A DNA stretch of 64,000 bases, taken from assembly GCA_963668675.2 (NCBI GenBank), contig CAXXMB010000002.1:992001-1056000 (forward strand). Reading direction: 5' to 3'. The DNA is from an uncultured Desulfatitalea sp. GTDB lineage: Bacteria; Desulfobacterota; Desulfobacteria; Desulfobacterales; Desulfosarcinaceae. Below are positions 1-9,425 of this stretch, piece after piece. Numbering within the stretch: the first letter of the stretch is position 1; every line of letters begins with the position of its first letter. Made by a program: the position numbers and the translations under genes. A model generated the notes under the pieces. The model was given only the letters and a program-made list of their open reading frames with translations. It ran no database searches and was not told the DNA's origin.

Positions 1-2
1 CA

Positions 3-1181
3 CCGACCGGCTCGCTCGCGTTTGCCGACCCGCAGCTGACCATCGAGGAGGTCACCACCATCGACAGCGCGCCGCTGCTCAATCACATCTATTTTGAGAC
101 CGAACAGAGCGAGCTTTCCGATCGCTACCGCCTGTTTCAGAATCAATCCGAAACGGCTGCATTCAATGAAAAAGAGCTGAGAGGGGCCATGGAGAAGTAT
201 CGCCATGTGCTCAACATCATCGGCAGCCGGCTCAAGGCCAACCCGGACGCCACCGTTCGCCTGGTGGGCTGCAACGCCAACATCGGTGCCGAGAAGGGCC
301 GTACCGATCTATCCCGCAGCCGGGCCGAAGCGGTGCGCGCTTATCTGCGCTATGTGTGGGGTATTGGCCCGGAGCGACTCGCCCTTGAAACGCGAAACCT
401 GCCCGAAGCACCAAGCACCAACCGAATCTCGGAAGGCCAGGCCGAGAACCGTCGTGTGGAGATCTATGCAAACAATGATGCAATCCTGGACACGGTGGAC
501 AGTGCCTACATCCAAAATGTCAGCAGTCTGAGCGAACTGCGCATCCTGCCCGAAATCAAGGCCGAGGCCGGTATCGAAGATTGGCAGGTCAACCTCTTCT
601 GCGGCGACCGGGAGATCAAAACCATAAAGGGCCAGGGCGACCTGCCCAGCGATTGGACGGTCCCCCTGGAAGCGGCGCTGCTCGAACAGATCTCCACCTG
701 TGAATCGGTGGAAATGCAGGTGCAGGCGACGGACAAGGAGTCCAACGTGTTGCAGTCGCAAGAGGCGGTCACCCTGCCGATCAATTTCGTAAAGCGCACC
801 GAGCAGGTGGCCCAGGTCGAAGGATACCGCGTCTTGGAGCAGTATGCACTCATCCTGTTCGACTATGACAGCGCCGCCATCAAGGCACGCAACCAAACCA
901 TCGTCGAACGCATCATCGCCCGTATGGATGAGGTCCCCGATGCCAAGGTCACCATAACGGGCCACACCGACACCATCGGGAAGGAAGCGTACAATCTGGT
1001 ACTGTCCGACCGCCGCGCCCAGGCCGTGCGTGACCAGATCCTGGCCGCCAAACCGGAGATCGCCGAGCGGCTCGAGGTCAAAGGCATCGGCCCCAATGAA
1101 CCCCTTTACAACAACGAGTTGCCCGAAGGCCGCTCCCTCAACCGAACGGTGACGGTAACACTCGAATACATGGAGAGATAG
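3..1181 (+). CDS. OmpA-family protein with two OmpA-like peptidoglycan-binding domains (5' partial)
   Basis: Frame is open from base 3 into the 189 ORF. Two OmpA C-terminal signatures: LSRSRAEAVRAYL..NRRVEI and GHTDTIG..NLVLSDRRAQAV..NRTV. Confidence 0.85.
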   Translation, partial: PTGSLAFADPQLTIEEVTTIDSAPLLNHIYFETEQSELSDRYRLFQNQSETAAFNEKELRGAMEKYRHVLNIIGSRLKANPDATVRLVGCNANIGAEKGRTDLSRSRAEAVRAYLRYVWGIGPERLALETRNLPEAPSTNRISEGQAENRRVEIYANNDAILDTVDSAYIQNVSSLSELRILPEIKAEAGIEDWQVNLFCGDREIKTIKGQGDLPSDWTVPLEAALLEQISTCESVEMQVQATDKESNVLQSQEAVTLPINFVKRTEQVAQVEGYRVLEQYALILFDYDSAAIKARNQTIVERIIARMDEVPDAKVTITGHTDTIGKEAYNLVLSDRRAQAVRDQILAAKPEIAERLEVKGIGPNEPLYNNELPEGRSLNRTVTVTLEYMER

Positions 1182-1212
1182 ATCTCCGTAGCACATCATT
1201 ATAAAACCCGAC

Positions 1213-1250
1213 GGGGTCACTGCGCCATGCGCGGCGGCCCCGCCCTTTTT
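1213..1250 (+). terminator. Possible intrinsic terminator after the ompA-like gene
   Basis: ggggtcactgcgc-cat-gcgcggcggcccc hairpin followed by a short T run. Confidence 0.4.
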
Positions 1251-1369
1251 CCGCGTCTCAAGATCCGTTTGACACACCACCTTCGCTGCCCTAAGATTCC
1301 AGCCACGCCATCCATCTGGACCGGCACAATGCTCGGGCAAGGCACACAAACCGATAGCATAAAGGCCTC

Positions 1370-1394
1370 GTAGGGGCGGGCTTTATGCCCGCCC
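1370..1394 (+). repeat. GTAG-type REP-like palindrome
   Basis: gtaggggcgggctttatgcccgccc; related copies at 17631-17655 (-) and about 17699-17722. Confidence 0.65.
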
Positions 1395-1472
1395 GGTGAG
1401 ACGGTGATAGCACCGCTTCAATGACATGGACTTTAAACGATAGGCGAAGAGAAGCATAAGAAAAGAGGAAGC

Positions 1473-2006
1473 ATGAAATATACCCTAAGCGTCGTCACCA
1501 CCATAGCGGCCATCATCTGCTTCTCCATCCTTTCCTGCGGCGACAGAGACGACGCCGCAGCCATTCGCAAACTGATCGACCATGCGAAGACACTGGCGGA
1601 AGATCACCAGATCGGCGATCTCATGGATTTGACGACCAAAGGATTCAGCGCCTCCCCGGGCCAACATGACGCCCGCAGTGTGCGCGGCATCCTCTTTGTC
1701 GCTTTCAAGCACTACGGCACCTTCGACATACGCTACCCCAGGCCTTCTGTAGATGTGGGAAAGGGAGCCACCACGGCCGAGGCGACTATCCACTTCATGA
1801 TCGTCAGCCAGGACAAGCCCATGCCCGAACTGAAAGATCTCTATGGAGACCCCCAGGCATGGTTGGAGAAGGCCGGAGAGAAGGCCGATCTGTACAGGCT
1901 CAAACTCGACCTCATAAAACAGGAGGGTGATTGGCGGGTTCAAATAGCTGACCTGTCGACCCTCAAGGGGATGACCTTTTCATCCAACGCCCATCACATC
2001 AGATAA
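1473..2006 (+). CDS. Hypothetical lipoprotein, possibly NTF2-like fold
   Basis: GAGGA RBS, hydrophobic signal ending ILSC, C-terminal GDWRV. Confidence 0.6.
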   Translation: MKYTLSVVTTIAAIICFSILSCGDRDDAAAIRKLIDHAKTLAEDHQIGDLMDLTTKGFSASPGQHDARSVRGILFVAFKHYGTFDIRYPRPSVDVGKGATTAEATIHFMIVSQDKPMPELKDLYGDPQAWLEKAGEKADLYRLKLDLIKQEGDWRVQIADLSTLKGMTFSSNAHHIR

Positions 2007-2018
2007 GGATCGGAAGCG

Positions 2019-2945
2019 ATGAACAAATTGGAGCTTGTAGACCTTGTATTATCTGGAGAAGCGGTTGATCGGCCACCGGTGAGTATGTGGTACCACTTTG
2101 GAACTCAACACGGCGGCGGGCATCAGTTTGCACGCACCACGCTCGATTTCTTCAACTACTACGACTTTGATTATCTCAAGGTGATGAATGATTACTTCTA
2201 CCACCCCCCCGAAGGTATCGACGCCATCCGCACGGCCAAAGACCTGGAGAGATTGACACGTTTCGATGTTTCCCAGTCTCTGTGGCAGGAGCAGTTCAAA
2301 GCCATCGACATCATTGGCCGGGAATTGAAAGGCAAGGCCCATTTCGTCGACACGGTCTTCGACGCCTGGCAGAGCATCAACCGCAACCTGGCGGCCGAGA
2401 ACATGAAGCAGTTGATGGCCGAAGCGCCCGACGCCCTGCTGGCGGCCCTTGACCGCGTCAGCGACAATCTGATCGACTACGCCAAGACCGTTATCGGACT
2501 CGGCGCCTCAGGGATCTTCCTCTCCATTCCGGCCGGGCCGGAGATCGTCACCCGGGAGGAGTTTCTCACCTTCGTCAAACCCTTCGCCCGCAAGGTGCTC
2601 GAAGCAACCCATCCCCTGACCACAATGAACACCTTGCACGTTCACGGCAAGGAACTCTTCTTTGAAGAGACGCTCGACCTGCCAGCTCACGTTTTCAACT
2701 GGTGGGACCGCGGTCCAACGGGGCCTTCGTTGCAATGGGTAAAGGAGCGCATCCCAGGCTGCGTCATGGGCGGCATCGACCAGACCATCGTGGCCCGCCG
2801 CACCCGCGCCTTTCTCAAAGAGCACGTCCGTGAAGGGATCGAATCAGGCGGCAACCGCCGCTTCTTCCTGGCCAACGGCTGCACCATCGATTCGTGGGTC
2901 TATCCGGGCGCCCTGCAGACCATCGTAGAGACAGCCAGATCATAA
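2019..2945 (+). CDS. Uroporphyrinogen decarboxylase (UroD/MtaA) family protein
   Basis: N-terminal DRPPVSMWYHF, LHVHG, CVMGGID, FFLANGC. Confidence 0.8.
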   Translation: MNKLELVDLVLSGEAVDRPPVSMWYHFGTQHGGGHQFARTTLDFFNYYDFDYLKVMNDYFYHPPEGIDAIRTAKDLERLTRFDVSQSLWQEQFKAIDIIGRELKGKAHFVDTVFDAWQSINRNLAAENMKQLMAEAPDALLAALDRVSDNLIDYAKTVIGLGASGIFLSIPAGPEIVTREEFLTFVKPFARKVLEATHPLTTMNTLHVHGKELFFEETLDLPAHVFNWWDRGPTGPSLQWVKERIPGCVMGGIDQTIVARRTRAFLKEHVREGIESGGNRRFFLANGCTIDSWVYPGALQTIVETARS

Positions 2946-2966
2946 AACCGCAAACAGAGAAGAAAA

Positions 2967-3404
2967 ATGATGCCCTCCTCATTCATTCCGGTAGACGCCA
3001 ACTACGAACAGCGCGTCCACGACAGCTTCTATGGACAGCCTTTCATGAAACTGATCGGAGGTGAGCTGGTTTCCGTCAAACCAGGTCATTGCGAAATCCT
3101 TCTGAAACACAACCCGGAGTTGACCCAGCAGCATGGTTATTTCCACGCCGGTATCATCGGCACGATGGCCGACAACTCCGGCGGATATGCAGCACTGACA
3201 TTAACTTCGCCGGGGAAGGAGGTGCTCACTGTGGAGTACAAACTGAACCTTCTGTTACCGGGAAATGGCGAGGAGCTGATTAGCCGTGGCAAAGTCATCA
3301 AAGCGGGACGAACGTTGATCGTTTGCCAATCAAACGTATTCAATATTTCAAAGGCAAAAGAGACGTTGGCAGCCACTGCGATCATAACACTGCTGCCGGT
3401 GTAA
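2967..3404 (+). CDS. PaaI-family hot-dog thioesterase
   Basis: QQHGYFHAGIIGTMADNSGG and TVEYKLNLL motifs. Confidence 0.9.
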   Translation: MMPSSFIPVDANYEQRVHDSFYGQPFMKLIGGELVSVKPGHCEILLKHNPELTQQHGYFHAGIIGTMADNSGGYAALTLTSPGKEVLTVEYKLNLLLPGNGEELISRGKVIKAGRTLIVCQSNVFNISKAKETLAATAIITLLPV

Positions 3405-3606
3405 CGCTTTTCCCTGAGAATGATTCAGGCCATCAGCACCCGGCAGCCATCGATATCCCCGCCACCTGTTTTGGATGATGAATACGTACCGCTGTAGGCA
3501 CATTTAAATAAAAAATGGGGATTCATTTGGATTTCAATATATTATAATCACAATCCTTTATCCCGCTTACCAGAAAAAGAAATTCAAAGCCCTAAACTAA
3601 AGAGAA

Positions 3607-4053
3607 TCAGTCGTAGCTCGCACGGGTCGCCTCATCACTCATCGTCGGCGCAATCATCGGCTCCCATGCGGCGTCAGCCCATGTCCCCAGATGGGTATGC
3701 ATATCGAGATATTTTTTCGGTATCGGGTGCGTGCCCACAACGACATCGACCGCATAGCGCTTTTCAAGAAAGGCTTTGAAGGTATCGATATGGGGGCAGG
3801 GGGGATAACCCACCACCAGACCGGTGGCCAAATGAATAACTTCTGCGCCATTCTTGACCATCTCTTCGCCCGCATATTCGATGTTGCCGCCGGGACAGCC
3901 ATCGCAGGTTGTAAACCCGACCAACTCGACATCGATGTCAGCGTATACGCTGAAAGCGCCTTCCCGATTCCTCATCGCGCGGAAGCATTTACCGCCCGCA
4001 CAGCGGCGATAGCGATCACAGATAACGATTCCGATCTTTGCTTTTGATTTCAT
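3607..4053 (-). CDS. CGGC-domain metal-binding protein
   Basis: ICDRYRRCAGGKC, FTTCDGCPG, IHLATG, PPCP, VVVGTH. Confidence 0.9.
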   Translation of the reverse strand: MKSKAKIGIVICDRYRRCAGGKCFRAMRNREGAFSVYADIDVELVGFTTCDGCPGGNIEYAGEEMVKNGAEVIHLATGLVVGYPPCPHIDTFKAFLEKRYAVDVVVGTHPIPKKYLDMHTHLGTWADAAWEPMIAPTMSDEATRASYD

Positions 4054-4065
4054 TTCAGCTCCTTA

Positions 4066-4452
4066 TTAACGAATGTACAGAGACATACACTGGATACCCC
4101 AGTGCCCCTTATTCGATGTAACGATCCACAAAGCTTCATGGGTCGTGTATTTCGTCCCATCGGCCCTGTAACGGCTGTAAACTACTTTGAAATGGGCCTT
4201 GGTATCCCAAACCTGAAACGGTTCAGCCAAATCGAGTACGGTGTGATGCCAGTCTTCTCGCTCGATCAGTGCCGCTGTCGGAGACACAAAATCCGAAGCC
4301 TTTTGCACCGGTCGAACCGAGCTGTTGATGATCCAGCTGAAAGGGAAATTCAACTTATCGGTCATAGCAGCGGTGTCTTGCCTGTTAAAGGCTTCGATAT
4401 AAGCCGCTATGGTTTCTCGGGCTTTCTCCTCAGACAATTTAGCCTCCATCAA
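4066..4452 (-). CDS. SnoaL/NTF2-like hypothetical protein
   Basis: YIEAFNRQD N-terminus, SRYRADG, GHWGIQ C-terminus. Confidence 0.65.
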   Translation of the reverse strand: MMEAKLSEEKARETIAAYIEAFNRQDTAAMTDKLNFPFSWIINSSVRPVQKASDFVSPTAALIEREDWHHTVLDLAEPFQVWDTKAHFKVVYSRYRADGTKYTTHEALWIVTSNKGHWGIQCMSLYIR

Positions 4453-4622
4453 CTCAGGCCCATTTGGATAGAATCCGGAATGAGTCTTTGGTCAGCAACA
4501 CGTTTCTATATATTCAGTTTTTACCTTCCATAATGCTCAAAGTACAATATCGATTGTCTGCTTTTTATATAAATACAAACGGTTCTCTAAAAAGCTCAAG
4601 CACAGCTTATTTCTGGAACCCA

Positions 4623-4656
4623 CTCCCCCCTTTGACAAAAGGGGGGCCGGGGGGAC
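4623..4656. repeat. CCCCCCTTT-N-AAAGGGGGG REP-like element
   Basis: ctcccccctttgacaaaaggggggccgggggga; same family as 9223-9313. Confidence 0.6.
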
Positions 4657-5064
4657 TTTTCCGCTGAACCATTAATGGTTCGATGTCAGTCTATCTTACC
4701 TTCATTCCGGCAGCTTGAGCATTTCAGATAACCGTATAAATACATTTTTGAAAAGAACGTAATTCTCACCTGACGTTGTGGAGTAGCGGCGAAACTAAGG
4801 GCAAGTGTAAAAAAATTAGCAAAACCGCCAACCTTATCTGAGCTCTTAAACACCTTGAATATTAACGTTTATCCCATGTTTTAAATCGTTTTCTACAGTA
4901 CTCGTCCAGAGCTGTTGAGTTTTCGAAACAGGGCATGGATGCATCACTAATAGGGTAATCAAATTCGCAATTTTTATCTGAACGTCCCTGCATGGTCAGC
5001 TATCATATATGGCACAGCCGCCATTGTCCATATAATGAATGCAAGGATTATAGGAGGACTGCTT

Positions 5065-5286
5065 ATGCGCAACGGCCGATGCCCACGATGGAATTCACGC
5101 GCCGTCTACAAGATGACCAATGGTATAATATCCGGAGACAAACACGTCTATGTCCGGGGCCTTGATTTCAGTTCACCCAAGACCGATCGTTTGGCCTACC
5201 TTTGCTCGACATGCGGTTATCACGAGTACTATCTTACCGATGAGAATATTTTGCAAAAGGTCACCCAAAAATGGGAGAAAGTATAG
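5065..5286 (+). CDS. Small zinc-ribbon-like protein (first CxxC reads CPRW)
   Basis: GGAGGA RBS before ATG 5065; CPRW...YLCSTCGYHEYY. Confidence 0.55.
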   Translation: MRNGRCPRWNSRAVYKMTNGIISGDKHVYVRGLDFSSPKTDRLAYLCSTCGYHEYYLTDENILQKVTQKWEKV

Positions 5287-5441
5287 TTTATTGACCCTAA
5301 AAAAGCGTTTAAAAATTTATGAAATAAACGAAAGCACAAACTTTCAAAAAATGCCATGCCCCACCCGGTCGGTGAAAACCGCTGTGGGGCCACCATGATG
5401 GCTCAATCACATCCTGCGTATAGGCCGAAGACGGCACGCCC

Positions 5442-5531
5442 TATTAACCCGGCAATTAATTACCTTAGCAATCGTCATTCCGGCGCAGGCCGGAATGACA
5501 AAGGTTGGCCTATTTAATTGCCGGTTTAATA
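5442..5531. mobile_element. MITE-like element with terminal inverted repeats and internal palindrome
   Basis: tattaacccggcaattaa ... ttaattgccggtttaata ends; internal gtcattccggcgcaggccggaatgac. Confidence 0.65.
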
Positions 5532-5541
5532 TCTTGAGCCT

Positions 5542-6258
5542 TCACCTTTCATCTTCTCTCTCCACCAACCGCCCCCCGCTCAGTTTCATAACACGGTCGG
5601 CGACGCGGTTCACCTGTTCCATATAGTGGGATACCATGAGGACCGTGCAGGTGGTTTTGAGTCGGTGCAAAAGCTGTTCGATCACCTCGACAGCCTCGGG
5701 ATCCAAGGAGGCGGTGGGTTCGTCCAGGAGCAGCACTTCGGGTTCGAGCATGAGCGCTCTGGCAATGCACAGGCGCTGTTGCTGGCCGCCGGAAAGGTTG
5801 CGGGCATCACTGCTGAGCCGGTCTTTGACTTCATCCCACAAAAAGGCCTGTTGCAATGCATTTTGAACGCGGGACGCCACATGCTGCCGGTCTGTTCGCC
5901 CGGCCAGTTTCAGGGGAAAGGCCACATTTTTAAAGATGCTCATGGGCAAGGGGTTGGGGTCCTGGAAGACCAGCCCCACCTTGCGCCTGAGCTGATTGAC
6001 GGGGTATCCGCCATCATAAATATCGGTGGGGACACCCTTAAAAAATATCTCGACCCGGCCCTGGATACGGCCGCCGGTGCCCTCTTCCCATAGACGGTTA
6101 ACGGCGGTGAGCAGGGTGGATTTGCCCTGCCCGGACGGCCCCACTATGGCGGTAACGGCATGCTCGGCAAAATCGACACTGATGCCGTCAAGCACTTTGC
6201 GGGGGCCGTAGTGGAAGGAGAAATCTGTAAATCGGATTTTTGTCTTGATGTTGTCCAT
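5542..6258 (-). CDS. pstB: Phosphate-type ABC transporter ATP-binding subunit
   Basis: GPSGQGKS, LSGGQQQRLCIARAL, LLLDEPT, VFQDPNPLPMSI. Confidence 0.85.
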   Translation of the reverse strand: MDNIKTKIRFTDFSFHYGPRKVLDGISVDFAEHAVTAIVGPSGQGKSTLLTAVNRLWEEGTGGRIQGRVEIFFKGVPTDIYDGGYPVNQLRRKVGLVFQDPNPLPMSIFKNVAFPLKLAGRTDRQHVASRVQNALQQAFLWDEVKDRLSSDARNLSGGQQQRLCIARALMLEPEVLLLDEPTASLDPEAVEVIEQLLHRLKTTCTVLMVSHYMEQVNRVADRVMKLSGGRLVEREDER

Positions 6259-6267
6259 TCATTTTCC

Positions 6268-7149
6268 TCAAAACCGGCCCACCATCGTTTTTCTCATGAC
6301 AGCCCTGATCACCATGCTCAGGGCGAACAGTACGGTGCAGAGCACCAGCAGTATGATAGCAGCGCCGTATCCATTGAGAAGTTCCTGCTGATCCATGTAT
6401 TGGGACGAAATGTAGTAGATATAAAACGGCAATGCTTCGAATTTGGCCAGTAAAGACCTGGGAACGCCTGCCATGGCCACGGCGCCGGTGAGCATGATCA
6501 CGGCAGTGTCTTCGGCGCAGCGTCCGATGGAGAGGATCACGCCGCTGACAATGCCGTTCAACGCTCCGGGAATCAGTACGCGCAAAATATTCTGCAACCG
6601 GGATGCTCCCAGTGCCGGCGCGATGATGCGGATATGGCGCGGCAGACTCTCCAAGGCGGTCTGGGTGCTGCGGATCAGATAGGGCAGGACGAGAAACGAG
6701 AGGGAAAGGGCGGCGATCAAAAGCGAAGGATAGATGGCCCGGCTGAGATACTTGTGCAGGAACAGCGACAGGGAGAAGCCGAACAGCCCCACCACGATCG
6801 AGGGAATGCCGGCCAAAATCTCGAAAAGCAGGGTTACGATGCCCTTTACCCGCCCCCTGCTGTATTCCGCCAGGTAGATACCGGTTGCCAGCCCCACAGG
6901 CAGTGCCATCCCCACGGCAGTGATGACCAAAAGAAGTGTCCCGGCAATCGCAGGCAACAGCCCGTCAAAAACCGGCTGCTGCAGCAAAAGGGCGTCCAGG
7001 ATTTGGGTTTGGCCGAAGATCAATTGCCGGTTAAGGACCGGCCACCCTTTGTAGAATAGAAAACCGACAATGGACAAGACCGCCCCCACCAAAAACAGGC
7101 TGCTGCACCAGCTCCAGGCCACTAGCAGATGTTCCGTCGCCTTTCTCAT
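6268..7149 (-). CDS. pstA: Phosphate-type ABC transporter permease PstA
   Basis: GIYLAEY, LAGIPSIVVGLFG, multiple TM segments. Confidence 0.8.
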   Translation of the reverse strand: MRKATEHLLVAWSWCSSLFLVGAVLSIVGFLFYKGWPVLNRQLIFGQTQILDALLLQQPVFDGLLPAIAGTLLLVITAVGMALPVGLATGIYLAEYSRGRVKGIVTLLFEILAGIPSIVVGLFGFSLSLFLHKYLSRAIYPSLLIAALSLSFLVLPYLIRSTQTALESLPRHIRIIAPALGASRLQNILRVLIPGALNGIVSGVILSIGRCAEDTAVIMLTGAVAMAGVPRSLLAKFEALPFYIYYISSQYMDQQELLNGYGAAIILLVLCTVLFALSMVIRAVMRKTMVGRF

Positions 7150-8000
7150 GGCCTGGCCTCCCGCCGACCGGCAAAGTATCGCATAACGATGACGGCCACC
7201 GTGGTCATGCCATACAGGGTGAGGCCGCAGACAAACAGGGAGCGAAACTCCAGACTGTCGAAATCCGCTGCAATGATCAGGGCGATGTGGGCGGTAAGGG
7301 TCCGCACCGGGTCCAGAACGGAGTGGGGCGTCGCCACCGCGTTGCCGGCCAGCATGAGGGCGATCATGGTATCACCCACGGCACGGCCGAATCCGAGCAC
7401 GATACCGGCCAGCATGGTGGGCCAGGCATGGGGTATCATGACATAAAGCAAGCGCTGGATGGGGGTGCCGCCCAGGGCGCTGACCGCCCGGCAATAGGCA
7501 ACCGGTACGGCGCCCAATCCATCCACGAAGAAGAGAATCATGGTCGGTGCCACCAGAATGGAGAGCATCACCCCGGCCGAAAGGATGCAGAGTCCGGAAC
7601 CATGCCCGAAGGTCTCCCGCACCAGGGGCACCAGCAAAAATATGCCCACAAAACCGTATATCACCGTCGGAATGCCGGTCATCAACTGCACCAGTTTGTG
7701 AACAACGCGCCTTGCACCTTCAGGTGCGGTAATCCGGATGAAAACGGCACATCCCAGGCTTAGCGGAACAGCAATGAGCAAAGCCAGGGTGCTGATGCAC
7801 AGTGTGCCCACCAGCATGGGTTTGATGCCGTAATGGTGATGCACGGGGGACCATGGGCCGGTAAGGACCTGCCAGAAACGGCCCTGGGCGAAGATAGGGT
7901 ACCCCAGCGCCGCCATGAAGATAAAAATGATGACTGCAGTGGCGGCGCTGAGCACTGCTGCGGCTCCAAAGAGCCTATGCGCGAGTGCATCCCGGTCCAT
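7146..8000 (-). CDS. pstC: Phosphate-type ABC transporter permease PstC
   Basis: GIPTVIYG, GFGRAVGDTM, RTLTAHIA. Confidence 0.8.
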   Translation of the reverse strand: MDRDALAHRLFGAAAVLSAATAVIIFIFMAALGYPIFAQGRFWQVLTGPWSPVHHHYGIKPMLVGTLCISTLALLIAVPLSLGCAVFIRITAPEGARRVVHKLVQLMTGIPTVIYGFVGIFLLVPLVRETFGHGSGLCILSAGVMLSILVAPTMILFFVDGLGAVPVAYCRAVSALGGTPIQRLLYVMIPHAWPTMLAGIVLGFGRAVGDTMIALMLAGNAVATPHSVLDPVRTLTAHIALIIAADFDSLEFRSLFVCGLTLYGMTTVAVIVMRYFAGRREARP

Positions 8001-8837
8001 TTAATTGACCGGGATAAACCCTTTTTGGGCAACCAGTTGCTGTCCCTGGTCGCTGAACAGATAATCGATAAACTTTTTGGTCAGGCCGGTGGGCTCACCT
8101 TTGGTATTGCTGTACAGGCCGCGGGCCACAGGATATTTGCCGGATTTGACGGTCTCCAGGTTAGGCACAACGCCGTCCAGGGCCACGGGGGCCACGCTTT
8201 TATCAATGTGCCCCACGGACACATAACCGATGCCGTAGGGGTCCTGGGCAATTGCGGTTTTCATGGCGCCGTTGGAAGCCACAAACAGGGCCTTGTCACT
8301 AATGTCGCCTTTGGCCAGCGCCTTTTTCCAGAATACTTCGCGGGTTCCGCTGGCGGCATCCCGGGTGTATAAATCGATGGATTTGTCGGGCCCGCCGAGG
8401 GCTTTCCAGCTGGTCACCTTGCCGGCATATATCTCCTTGAGCTGGGCAGTGGTCAGGCTTTTCACAGGGTTGTCAGGATGAACCACCACGCCGACGCCGT
8501 CAATCGCCCATTTGAACATTTTCAGTGGATACTTTTGCAGCTCTGCATCTTTGGGTTTGCGGCCGGAGTTGCCGATATCCACCAGGCCTTCCCCTACCTG
8601 CTTGATGCCCACACCGCTGCCGCCGCCGGCAATACTGATCCGGATATCGCCGTTGGCCTGCATAATGGCTTTGGCGGCCGCCTGCATGACGGGTATGTGG
8701 GCGGTGCCGCCCGATATTTTGATGCTGCCGCTTTCACCTTTGAAGGCATCCAGGCTGCCGGCGGATGCCGTCACCGCCAGTCCGCTGACAAGCAGCAACG
8801 CGACGCACCAAACCAAAATCACCTGCTTTTTCATCAT
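8001..8837 (-). CDS. pstS: PstS-family periplasmic binding protein
   Basis: Signal peptide, GGGSGVG, IGNSGR, RDAASGT, IGYVS, YPVARGLY; AAGGAG RBS. Confidence 0.75.
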   Translation of the reverse strand: MMKKQVILVWCVALLLVSGLAVTASAGSLDAFKGESGSIKISGGTAHIPVMQAAAKAIMQANGDIRISIAGGGSGVGIKQVGEGLVDIGNSGRKPKDAELQKYPLKMFKWAIDGVGVVVHPDNPVKSLTTAQLKEIYAGKVTSWKALGGPDKSIDLYTRDAASGTREVFWKKALAKGDISDKALFVASNGAMKTAIAQDPYGIGYVSVGHIDKSVAPVALDGVVPNLETVKSGKYPVARGLYSNTKGEPTGLTKKFIDYLFSDQGQQLVAQKGFIPVN

Positions 8838-9222
8838 GATCTCCTTTCATGACCCGGTATGAATAAAATTCTTCCAAACTTTCGCGCCTACCACACTATG
8901 CGGATCGATTACCAATTCAAATAATCGATCCGCTTTGGCCGGGACCATTGAAATATTTTATCCTTCGTGCATACCCGGTCAACGTCGTCGCCAAACTGTT
9001 CTTCCGCGAAATCAGAAACATCGGAGATGTGTCCGATCGCCGAGACGTCCAGCGTCAATGTAGATCATGTCGCCGCGGTACAGGCCTATGTTTCAATCCG
9101 GAAAGTGCTCTATTTTGTTCAGGGAAAAATGGGGATAGGGGAAAATGGGAACACCCGCAATTCAAGCCTACCCTCTAATGCCATACGAACTCTCTTATAT
9201 TCTGTTCCGCCACAGCTACCGG

Positions 9223-9313
9223 CTCCCCCCTTTTTCAAAGGGGGGTTGGGGGGGGATTTGATTGACCCTCAACATACTGAAATCCCCCTGAATCCCCCTT
9301 TGAAAAAGGGGGA
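9223..9313. repeat. Inverted pair of CCCCCCTTT..AAAGGGGG REP-like elements
   Basis: ctcccccctttttcaaagggggg..gggggattt faces aaatccccctgaatccccctttgaaaaaggggga. Confidence 0.65.
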
Positions 9314-9425
9314 CTTTACCATTGCACCGCAGTGATTTCATTAAGGAATCAAATGCTTTGCATTGGCCAATTGCAACTACATTCCGGGCACTTAAGCTTT
9401 GTAGGAACCGGATTATTTAAAACTA

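Noticed and set aside
309..1349. Long antisense ORFs (also 23469-25148, 33933-35294, 60765-61892, 62940-63947 and others)
   Set aside because: Shadow frames of GC-rich genes with recognisable products on the opposite strand.
4752..4800. attC-like half site (gaacgtaattctcacctgacgttgtggag)
   Set aside because: No complementary second arm or R box found.
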